DNA of 64,000 nt from contig CM074524.1 of NCBI GenBank assembly GCA_037379345.1, forward strand, positions 24,486,750-24,550,749, read 5' to 3'. The position numbers and the translations under genes were made by a program. Source of the DNA: Perna viridis. Taxonomy: Eukaryota. The notes beneath the pieces are model-generated. The model was not told where the DNA came from. It made no database searches and saw nothing but the letters and a program-made list of their open reading frames with translations. Shown piece after piece: positions 39,388-51,308 of the stretch; within the stretch, counting starts at the first letter, position 1, and every line of letters starts with the position of its first letter.

Positions 39388-42300
39388 TAAAAATAAAAAA
39401 AGATTATTTTCACCTTCATTAGTCCATATTCTTCCCACTTTTGGTAAACTTAAATAGCACAGTTGTCTTTGTTTGCATGATGTGAGACTTGCACTTAATG
39501 TATTAAGTGTTGGAAAGCAAGAACTATATTTTAAATAGTCGTAAGATCTTATAATTTATAGCACATCCTCTGCATACATGTATATGCATCATGCTGTTTC
39601 TTTTATATCAGTACTATTATGTAATTACAACTTACCTTTACAACTCAAGGATTTTTTTTTCCATAGCTTTAGTTGTTCTTAATTAGCTTCTGCAATAAAG
39701 ATATATGTGAAAAGATAAGAGTTAATAAAAGTTAACAAATGTTTAATTTGCTCAGCAGATTCCATAACTAACACGTTCGTGATGAGGAGAATCATATTGT
39801 GTTGATTACATATTTTAGAGGCAGCATTTGGATCACAAACATTTTTTAAATTGTTTGGATTGTGCCGGGAATGGAATCACGTATATCTACATTCTATATC
39901 TATATGTACACGTATATGTTTAATTACTATCTACCTAGAGTATACAAAATTCGTGTATATCAGTTGTAATTTCTAACCTCCTATTGGTTAAACGGTGATC
40001 AGATACAATGTAGAAATTCCAAGTTTTGAAAGATTATCTGGTATTGACGGTCAATACCAAACATTCGGACCGCCACTTATTCTAAAAACGCATCCGTTCG
40101 ATGACGTTGACATCGTTGTTTAGCACATGACAGAAATGTGTTATATGAACAGGAGAGGTTTGCAATCCTTTCAGAGCAGAATAAACTAGAAGTTCTTGCG
40201 GAAACATACATCAAAAGCATTCAATCCCTTATACAACTACATTGCAATCACGATACATAAATAGATAAAACACGTACAAACACAATAAAAATTAACAGAT
40301 CTATCCAATCTTACCAGCGTAAGCCTTATTTGTGGATTTTAGATGGTTGTTCACCTTTTATATTTACCACCTCGTTTATCTCTATTTTAATAAAAAAAAC
40401 AACAGCATTTTAACCTCCTAATAATGCAAAAAACTATTACTAGGCACTATGTAAGCCTTCAAAAAGTAATCTAATATTTTGGAATGGACATTCAAAGGAG
40501 ACGATATGCTAACAAGATCAAAACAATGTTTTTTGTGTATGAATAAAACGGTTTTTATTTTCAGTCATTGACAAAAATATTACTTGAATATTCAGAGAAA
40601 ACTATTGCAGTCCAAGATTGATTATTTATTTACATGTATATAGCTAATCAACTCCAATTATTACAATTATTACGATGTTTAATCTTGTCTATTCATCTAT
40701 CCGGCGTTATAACAACCTCTTCTCTTGCGATAACATCCCCTTTTTTTCAGTCCCATCACTCGACCATATAAAGCAATATCAAATATGTAAGTAGGATTCA
40801 CAAAGGGTGAAAGTTGAAAATCACAAAATATCGACTGGAAATATCCAACATCATAAATAACAAACCTCGATGAAATAAATTACACTAAAAATTGATATTT
40901 TGAAATATTCAAATTTCAAGAGTTATAAAACGATGTTTCGTCTGGATTATTTGGCCATTAAACATTTGGCATCTGCCATGGTTGAAATTCTACCAATCGT
41001 CCGTCTATGACGTCACCAATCAGAATCAATCGAGTGCTTCACAATGCCACAACAACCAATCACCATGAGTAATAGTTTATACCACATCGTCCTATGATGT
41101 GATGTCGCAAAATATCTAACTGTTCAAGACAACGAAAGTAAAACGACCAAATTATAGAAAGGTATTATTAAATAGCTGTGTGTTATCTGATTGTACTTTG
41201 ATATAAAAATGCTTTTTTCTTTCTTACTTTCACGTTCTGGCGATTCGCTTTTATTATAAACCAGACCGTAAGTATACATTAGATTAAGTAGTTATGAACA
41301 TCATTCCAAGTTTATTAGGATTAGTATAGAGAAAACATAAATGTATAGTGTGAATAAATTAATTTAATTCTACAATCAAGACCAGATGTCTATTCAACAA
41401 ATCAACAGTTCGTTGTGTTTTCGATCACAGAAACAGTTCCTCGTCCCGCTTCAAACAAGGTTTTGATTGGTGCGTGTGTATGTTCAATGGGTTTGGCTTG
41501 AATAATAAAAAAACACTATGATATGTTGTGAAAAAATAGAAGAAGGTGATAAAAATAAAGCAAAGGTATATATATATATAGATATATATAGATATAAATG
41601 TATATTCCAATTATTATTAGTTTAATTTTCCTCCTCATGTTTTCTGCAATATAATAAATATTTAAACCAAACTCTTTTCTTTTTAGAACATTACAAACCT
41701 TCCCTTCCGGTACAGTTGGTTCAAATCCCAGTTATAAGTGACGACAGGATTTTTTAATTTATTCCTGAGTTTTTTCGGCATGTTTAAGGAGGTGCACCTT
41801 ATGTAAAGGACACAACTTTTACAAATCATTGGAACATTTGTATTCAGCATTGTGTATCAATCTCATGTAAGCATCAATGTGACTTGGATTGGTATTGATA
41901 TGTTTCAAATGAAAGCTTGATAGGCTTTGCCGCAATTGATTATGATACACGCATATCACTGACTTTTTAAATTAACTTATGTTTGTTTTTTGTATTTATT
42001 TATTTTATCTTTTGGCTTAGGCATTGTCCGAGGATTCAATATATTCTATCACATACATAATCTGTGTTGTTTTCTGCATTTTATTCTCTTTTAATTTGAA
42101 ACAAAAAAGAACGTTGCGTTTGTCTTTACTAAGTGGTAGGTTTTTTTGTTTTTTTTTTTTTTTTCAGCGAGATCACATAGGTACGAAGGATACAGGCAAG
42201 CATCTGTCCCATTTTACCACTCCAACTATTATACGTTTAATTAAAAGACTTGGGTAAGTCATTATTGGTGGTACTATCAGATGCCTTTAAAATGTCCGAA

Positions 42301-42624
42301 ACATCTGAAAAGCCGGTGACACAAAAGGTGGGTATAGCAAATTTTGAATTCCTTTGATTTTTTTTTAAATAATTATATTCCTTAGAAATATTTCCAATAA
42401 AATAATCAAATTCATTTTTACGTATAACTTAAGAACCTTACCATACTCAAAACATCGTTGTGAAAAAATTAGATATCATTTCGTTTAAACCATGAATCAA
42501 GTTACAATCATAAATTACCAACTATAATTTACTTTCAGAAAGTACAGTAAGAACTCATAAAGATATGAAAAAATAAACAAAATCAAAAAGAGAAAATTAT
42601 GAACTTCAAAGTGATTTTGTTGAA

Positions 42625-42926
42625 AGTAATCAAGGGAACCAAAGTTATAGCGGTAATCAAAGAGTAATCAAGGGAACCAAGGTTATAGCGGTAATCAAAT
42701 GAATGTAATCCAGGTACAAAGACGCGACATGGAAAACAGACATACACAACCAAGAACATAAAGTAACTAAAATCATACATACAAAGTAACAAAAGTAAAT
42801 GAGCAACTCGGACTCCACTAAAAACTGGGAGCATGGACCAGGTATACCGGTATTGTAAACGTCTTCTAGAAACACCCATCGAGTTTCTCATAAAAACGTC
42901 AATGCCGGGTAGGCAAACGAGGAAAG
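42625..42926 (-). mobile_element. Penelope-like (Naiad-type) 3' UTR fragment with its terminal about 38 bp tandemly duplicated
   Basis: agtaatcaagggaaccaa(a/g)gttatagcggtaatcaa occurs twice; not present in the paralog A intron. Confidence 0.88.
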
Positions 42927-43212
42927 ATAGTGCAGATTGATGAATGTGTAAACATTTAACTTAAGCAGGCATAACTGTCAGCACTTCGAACAAATATGCA
43001 GAATGCTTTGTATTGGAAATAATTAAAACCTTAAACTAAGAATTGCTATAACATAGTTCTAGAACTCTACAACAGTGGCTTCGAAACAAATAAATATTAC
43101 TGCAAGGTTAATTATTAAATCAATGTCCGGTATTTATATAATAGATTAACTGTAAAATAATGTCCTTAAAGGATATTTAACCAACAACTTACAATGTTGT
43201 TTTTTTTTTCAG

Positions 43213-43386
43213 CAATGTGTCCCAATATTACTGATCCAGCTAATGGTATGGCAAATATGCATGGAACTTCTATTGGTGACATCGTATCGTTCTCATGTGC
43301 TGAGAATGTTACTCTCTGTGGCGCAATGAAAATTGTTTGTACACCTAATTTACAATGGAGCGCTCCAGTACCTTTGTGTAAGTACA
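43213..43386 (+). CDS. Sushi/CCP domain exon, paralog B (phase 1-1, 174 bp)
   Basis: ttttttttcag|CA ATG TGT CCC...TGT AAG TAC A|gtatgg; open frame, same length as paralog A, all Cys and Trp retained. Confidence 0.85.
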
Positions 43387-44579
43387 GTATGGTTTATTGA
43401 CCAATTTGTAAAAAATATATACACATAGTGCCTCAATAATGTTTTATGATTAAATTGCATGCTATTGCGATAAGTAACAAAACGCATTTCAAAATGTACT
43501 ATTGTTATACATATCGTTATAAGGAGAAATGGTATGGTGTATATGTCAAAGAGACAACGAACCCACCAGTATGAAAATGTCAGCCCAAGGCCATCGGTCT
43601 TTAATAAGCCCTTATTCCCATGCATCTGACCCAAAAACATCATTATACACAGGTACGGTGAAAAAGTATAAAGTCAAGTAATATGAAAATAATGTAAAGG
43701 TGAAAACGAAACATGACAAATAGAGGCAAAAAATTCCTGTCTTTTGACAGGCAAATAAAGGCGTTGTGGTTTATATACATGACTTGATCACAACCCTATC
43801 TTTTTAAATTTGACCTTTGTGGAAAAATATATATTACAAATTTAAACACGAAAAAATCATTTCAAAAAGGTCTGACTTCCTCGCTTAACCCAAAATTTCA
43901 ATAAAGATGTAGAATAATTCCTGAAATTACAAATAAAAAAGTCAGTTTTTAATTTTCTATAGGATTTTTTTTTAATGACAAGTTTGTATCCAAATTTTAC
44001 TGTTGAGATAATGTATATGAATTCTTCATATGTCTTTTCAAAAGAGGGGAGTTACAAACAAGACGCTAGTGTGAGTCTATTTAACAATTGTTTTACCCGC
44101 TTTCTCTCTTTTCCTATGAGTTCACGCGTCATTTTATTACCAAGAGTTGAGATAAATGGTACTTTGTGTCTTCATTTTCATTATTCACAAACCCAAATTC
44201 AAAATAGATTTACTTTCAAGGAGTTTACTCTTGGATAGTGATATATCATGAACATTCACAGCTGACAACGGAATATTTAACAAAACAAGTATTCCCGATG
44301 TATACTAAAAACAACAACAACGTTGACTGCCTTAATTTTAAAATGTAAAAAGACTAACACTAGAATTCCTGTAAATGACACTTCTCATAAAGTTATATTG
44401 TACGTACTGTCGATTCTCTTGGGCGCTGAAGTCGCTTTAGTGTATTTTCATATAAAAAATTAATTTATGGCAACGTACAATTGGAAAAGTGCATTACAAT
44501 AGAGGTTATTCATTTGAATCGAAAACCGGATGTCCATTACTGATATAAACTTGGTTCCCTTAATTACTCTTATCATTAT

Positions 44580-45087
44580 TGATTGACTGACTATTGGGGT
44601 TTAACGCCCGAGCAGCAACATGTCAGCTATATACAGGCGATGAACATGAACGGGATGATAAAATGAACATGAAATGATGAAGATGAAATAAAAAAGGGAT
44701 TATAGGGTCGACAAATTTTGATTGCCACAAGATAAAAGGGAGGGATGGAGATGGTCGGGCAATTTAGTCTCTGGTGGCGGAGTGCAAAGGTTCATACTCC
44801 TGTCGAATACCACAACAGGGTTTTTAACATGCAAGGAACGTGGCATCTCTCCCAACACTGTGCACCAGTATGGTTTGCGGTCAGGTTTTCCGTATTATAG
44901 CCTGACAACCCCAGCATGTATCACGCCAGGGGTACCCCATTCCACAACCTGGGGCACTCATCCCAGTTGCTCTATGGGCAGAGCGCCTAGCCCCCGGTTA
45001 GATTTCTGAGCACCATTTAGTCGCCTTCTATGACAAGCTAAGCACTGCTGCAGGCCTATTCGTTTGACACCTGGACCTGCACTGGGC
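44580..45087 (-). mobile_element. SINE-like retroelement copy 2 (full length)
   Basis: Homologous to 53341-53820; (AGTC/AATC)n tail; approximate ttatcatta flanking repeat. Confidence 0.88.
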
Positions 45088-45210
45088 TATTTTATCATTA
45101 CACGCATGCCCTGTAAGCATTGTATTTGTCAAGCATTAATTGGACGATTTTATTTTGTAAAAACGAAAACAACTTTACTATCGACTTAAATTGTAATACA
45201 TCTTTGTAAA

Positions 45211-45340
45211 AGAGTAATCAAGGGAATCAAGGTTATAGCGGTAACCTTACGCAGGTGCTGGAGGGATGTTTTTACATATGAAAGGAAAATTGACAATTCT
45301 GAATAAAAAGTCATTACGATCGTGGTAAAGTTTGGTCAAT
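45211..45340 (-). mobile_element. Rearranged Naiad-type fragment (3' tip fused to RT-thumb piece)
   Basis: agagtaatcaagggaatcaaggttatagcggtaa joined to tacgcaggtgctggagggatgtt...gtaaagtttggtcaata. Confidence 0.75.
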
Positions 45341-46955
45341 AAAACTAAAAAAGCAATATAAAAGAAGTACTCAAAACCTTAGAGAAGGCCAAATCCATCA
45401 CCGAGAGGTTCTACCATACGCAATGCAAGGAATGAAGCATCAGTGTTTTACGTATTTTAAATTTAGAATACTGCAAGATTACATAAATAGGACGATTTTT
45501 CCATCTCAATTCAGTAAATCTAATAACCCATTCATTATGACGTAAGATATTTCATTTTCATTTAATTCATGACATTAAAAAGTTCATGCACAATGAGAAT
45601 TAACTTATTAATGCACCCCAAATACAACTTGAAAAAAAGGAAAGAAAAACTGTGAACAAAACGAGGGAGTTGATATGATTCGAGTATGAAATATGGCATA
45701 CTTGTATATTAGCTTTTGTAAAAAAAGAATTTACAAGCTACTCACTTAACCCGGGAAAGAAGACATGGATAACTTGTGGTGACCTGTGGAAGGATTACCT
45801 TGGTTAGGATTTATACCAATAGTGGCATTTATGTTATTCGAGCCATTAATTCATTACTGAGTTTTTTTACGATTTTTCGTTCAAATATTTGGAACGATAT
45901 TAAAAAGCATAGATTACAATATTTGATTTAGAGCCAATTGAGTATCGCGTTGTGTATGATAAAACATACATTCCCCGTCAATACTACACATTTTAAGAAG
46001 TCTTGCTCTTCAATGGAATTGATGGTGACAAGGCTTCTTTTAGTATATCCACATCCACATCCACTACTTTAACAATGGAAGTTGATAATAAACCAATTTT
46101 ATTGTAAATTTATATAATTATCTTATCATACTTGTATGTATTGTTGAAACATGTAGGTATAAGATTTGATTTTGATCATATTTGTAATATCATAACCCTT
46201 GATTTGTATTACCATCTGTTTGTGGTTTATATGTACGATGCGGAAGAAAAAAAAAGTATCGAATAGACCCATGTAAAACTTAGCTTGCGCACATTTAGCA
46301 ATGTTTCATATCTCAGTTCTCGGACAATGCTGCATTGTTTTTTACAGTAATTAATGTAAAATACAAATATTGCAATACGGTAAACATTGAACTACAAGTT
46401 GACATGTACATTAGTCTGATCATTTACAAATACCCCAGGTTCAAAAATGATAGCAAATTATAGGGTGCTTTATTGTTTGTTTGTGGTTCGTTTTGTTTAC
46501 ATGTTAAAGTACTGAATACATGTTCTTTAATCGGGCCATATTACATTTAGATGTACAAATGCATTCGGTCATGAATGCACCAAATCAACATATACCACAC
46601 TCGTACTATGCATAGTTAAAATATTATGTATAGTATGATCTTCTATATGCTCAAAGCATACACATGTTACGTGTATTTTAACAAATATGCATAAATTTAA
46701 TGACAGAAAACACACACAGAACAATTTTTTTTTCAAATAAACTGAGGTATAACCGCAATCATGCCATTAAATGAGTTCTAGTATTCCAAGCTTTAAGGTA
46801 GTTACAAAGTTTAAAGACATTTGTCTGAAGCTGGCATTAGTCTATACGATATATGTACACATTTTGTAAGAAATTTTGTATACGTAGAAATCTAACAGCT
46901 GGACAAACAAGTAAAAGTGATATTCATCCAGCATACCCGTCATATTGCAACATAT

Positions 46956-48984
46956 TGTAGAGGGATGCTACTAGTTATTTTTTATATATATGAGACTGAA
47001 ATGCAGACACTCACTATATTGGGGTTATTGGCCTTGGATTTACAGTAACTGAGATCTAGTGTTTCATATAGAGATTCATAATTTTATTTTGTAACAACAA
47101 TGGTTTATATACGTTAAAAAATCTATAATAACAACATACCATGAGTATTCACTCATTCACTTTTATTATATTATATTTAGTACATGTGGCAAGAATCCAT
47201 TGTAATATATCTTCAATATTAATGAATTAATACAATGAATATTCATGGGTTCCTTACCCATGAAATTACAATAAAATTAAAAATATGCATGGGAAAATAT
47301 CTGAGTTGAGTCCTGCTAAAAATTATTAATTTAGAAAAACAATTTTTGATTTGGTAAGAGTTGTCAGAAAACCTTATTCTGACTGTAATATAATTTAAAT
47401 AACTGGTTTATCACCAATTCATTTAACCAATAGTACTTCTCAACTCCTCGTTGAGGTTGTACAATGAAAAGTTTATTTGTACAAATATTGTCCTCCAATA
47501 TAAGTACATTTTTAAAATAGTTTCTTGTCTCAAGAAAACTCCCTTAAATCCAAATATCTCCTATTTATTCTTATTTAAAAATATCCTGATGATTGGCAAA
47601 GTTCTATGCAAATGATATTGAATTAACTTAAGCTTTGCCTGCGAAAGTTCAGAATTTAACTATAATTATAATAAACCAAAATTTCTAATTTACCATTGTC
47701 TTTGACTTTTCTCTTAAAAGATTAACAAAAAAAATATATTTGAAGTAAAAATAAATACTCATTCTTTAAAAATATAGCTCTCTGAAAAAATACTAACGTT
47801 TACAGCCAAAAGTTTCAACAAGACTATTTTTTAGCGTAATTACGTCACTTGTTGGAAGACGTGCGTTGTTGGAAAAACGTTCACTTCCAACAAATTTACA
47901 AATATTTTAATAAGAATTTATAAAATTACAATAATATTCTAATTGTACATTATTTTAACAATAAAAAACATTCTATGGTGCAAAACATATTTGTTTTATA
48001 TTTTAATCTTAAAGTATAGTTCTATTATGCGTAACATACATTGCGCAACCGAAAGTGTAACTTGAAAACGACAGTACAACGAGTGTTCAGAACCGGTGAA
48101 CAAAAATGACAAATATCACCAATTAGTGCGAGTAAAATCAGCGAAATACATGATACTTTGTTCCTAAATACTATATGTATGAACATTATTACTTTAAAAA
48201 GACTTGACAACTCTCGAATCAGTTTTTATTGAAAAATTGACTCTTCTGAGATTGCGAGATTCTACATGTGGCGCAGTGCGCATGTCACCCGGTTCATTCA
48301 TAAGACCAGAAGATGCTAGTATTTACTATGTATGTTGCCTACTTCCATGATTTAATGGAAAAAATATCGAGACTCGTATGACAACTTATTCAAAGAAAGC
48401 AACAAAAACTACAGGGTTTGATGATTACAAAACTACAACAAATATGCGTAAAAGCCGTTCAACAATGGAACATCCAACTGTAAAAGGACTAAACACATGG
48501 TGACCACGTGGTTTGCAGCAGATAACAAGTGGACACAAGTGGTATCTACTTCAATATTTGTGACTTGTGATAATTATATTTTATAATAATTTCTACCTTG
48601 CAAATCTTGTAAAATTTGATATGGCAAATATGAATTAAAATGAAAATACATGTCATGTCATGTACAAATATAATGAAGTAAAGGTTTTAGATCTGTCCAT
48701 TTACTGAAACAGTGTTGCACATCACTGTGGCAAATTATGATTGGATATATCATTCGTGTACATACTCATAGGTTACATACATAAATAAACATGCATATTC
48801 ATAAAATATTAGCTTTAATTTCTTCAACCCATTGAATATTCAAATACACATGGTAAAAAAACAACACGTCTATCTATATTATATATGGCCTATGGTTATT
48901 TAATCATGAGATAATAACCTGATAAACGACTCAAGTGTGCTTTACTAAAATAAATGTATACCATGGCTAATGGTGTTCTCTACA
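46956..48984 (-). repeat. 3' LTR (2029 bp)
   Basis: Direct repeat of 57785-59290; adjacent PPT agaaaagggggtaaaa on minus (48985-49000). Confidence 0.93.
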
Positions 48985-49669
48985 TTTTACCCCCTTTTCT
49001 ATCATTTGCGTCCTCGCAAATACTTATTACATAATAAAATTGCTACATCTTAACATATGTACATGTATGTACTTTTGTCTTTCAGAATGCTGTTATCAAC
49101 AGCCATAACAAAATTCTGGATTGAAGATCAATCATTTATCTGCATGAAAATTGCTAAGTTTATATCGGGTTACCATAATTTACTAGACTAATAAATTTTG
49201 ACTATTTCAATTGGATATTAAGGTTCTTTTTTAACATTTCTTTTTCACTGTAAAAAAAAATCTTCTATACTAAATAAATATGTGTACTGTTTGTTATATA
49301 TCTATATTCTTTCAGGTGGATGAACTACTTAGAAATCAGCTCATCGTTTCTACAGCCTGACCCTGGAAAATATGATACTACAAATTTCAATGGAATATTC
49401 GAACAATTCTATTTAAGGAGAGTATATCTGCACATCAACATTCAGTGATCAAAATATTCTCAAACTATAAATACCAAGTAAATTATTTATTTTTTTTAAA
49501 TCTAAATATAGATTCATCAATTTGATTTCTGGATTATTCAAAATAAATTTTTGGCTGTAATCAATAACCTTAAAAATCTGCTAACTTTAAAAATACCTGA
49601 AACTTGACGACTATTTAATACCCAAATTTTTTAAGTACAATATCCCTTAAAATATTTTGATTGTCTAAA

Positions 49670-50969
49670 TTATTTCTTTTTCGTTGTAACCGGACTTCAT
49701 CTTTCTGTTAGTGAACCTTGGTTTAGGTTGAGGATACTGTATTGACTCTGGTCGGCTACTTTGATGGTAGTAAGAGTTAAGGCGGTCAACTAACCTTGAC
49801 TGCCTTGCTAAATTGCGCTCTTGTTGCCTGACTTGACCTCTTAGGCAGCAGATTGCGGAAGAAAGGTCCTTGATATAGGCACTATTTTTGGTTTGTTCCT
49901 CAAGTATTTGTAATTGTTGGTTTGTAATTTGTTTTAGGGCATCTAGTATTGAGTTCGACTCTGAATTAGCACTCCCAGTGATAGCAGGGTTTTTAGGTGT
50001 AAATGCTGGATTTATATTGGTTGTTTCTGGAACTGAATTACTGACAGGTTCTGAAAAAGGTTAAATGGCTCATCTGTCCCCATAAGCTGGGACAGAAAGT
50101 TCTCAGTTTCTTGAACCTCAGCTTCTCTATCAAGCAGATGACAAACTGGAGAGCTCATCTCTGGGAAAAATGGCATGGCAGAGCAGTTTATTTGTTCAGT
50201 TACGTCAACAGGTGTGGATGATCTGGGCTCAGAAGTAGTTGTTGTGGTCTGAGCAACAATTGTCAAATTGGCTGGGACACGAGAAAATAAGCTGTCACAG
50301 GTTGTCAGTTGTACTGTTGTGGTGCTTGAGCGGCTACTAGTTATCTGTGGAGGACCCATTAGCATATACTGGTTTAAAGATGAGATGACATTGTGGGTTG
50401 TAATTGATGTTCGTTGATAGGTTTGTGTTGCTGGTGACTGGTAAAATAACGAAGAGTGCGTGGGACTATATGGTATAGTAAGAGGAGAATCTGAGGTACT
50501 TGCTGCAAATGTGGTTAAATCAAAATTTTTGTGGTGGTGGATATCTTATTTGAGATGAGATGAAAGTCTGTATCTGAGGTTGTTGGGTAGTCACTGGTTG
50601 CCTGTTGAAGTTAGCAGTTTGCCTTTTCCTCTCTGCCCAATATTGTGCACTTTGTTGGCGAGATAGAACCACCATATCAACACCAATTTTAATTATACAA
50701 GGATTAAGATTGGTAAAACTATAGGCTTCCTCTCCTTTGAAATTTGGACCCAGAGCAGTCTTCTGTCTTTTGTGTGTTTCGAATGTTCTAATGTGCCTCT
50801 CAAATTGATGGCGGTAATCACCCCTGTACATACACAAGGTACAAAAGTACCTATGCTGGTCTAGAGCCAGATGAGTCTTCATAATATGATCCCCTACCCT
50901 GGTTCTTTCCCCCATATTTTTAGTTTCTTGGTAGGATTTTACAAGGACTCTTCTCAGATGCCTCACCAT
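49670..50969 (-). pseudogene. Extra ORF 3' of pol: zinc-finger-like N-terminus, Ser/Thr/Pro/Gln-rich middle
   Basis: DHIMKTH...RYFCTLCMYRGDYRHQFERHIRTFETH in 50520-50969, continued by 50012-50365 and coding-like sequence to about 49670; same strand as pol, inside the LTRs. Confidence 0.65.
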
Positions 50970-51308
50970 GCATAAAAGTTTTGGAATTTTTTTTAACTAC
51001 ACATGGATTCCTACACACATTAATATTTTATTAATGATATATGACATTATCTGGTGGATTTAATGTTTTGTAAAAAGTAAACCAAAACTCTCAGGTAACC
51101 TTTATATTTTGGTTTGTACATTCCTTGTTTATAACATATACTTAGTTTTAAGACATGCGGTTTTATACCTTACTGATGTCTTACTGATGTCGTGTCCATG
51201 CAACATTTTTATTTAAGTACACCTGAACTCTCAGGCAACATATATATGGGTGTGTAGAAAGGTCATTTATGCACTACACATTTTTCATTTACATTACATT
51301 TTGGACTA

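Larger units (their letters stand above)
41430..44118 (+). repeat. Right arm of inverted duplication carrying Sushi paralog B
   Basis: See 1-3215; homology runs to the window's left edge, so the duplication probably extends further. Confidence 0.88.

Noticed and set aside
49670-50969. Retroviral env gene
   Set aside because: No signal peptide, furin site/fusion peptide or transmembrane anchor visible.
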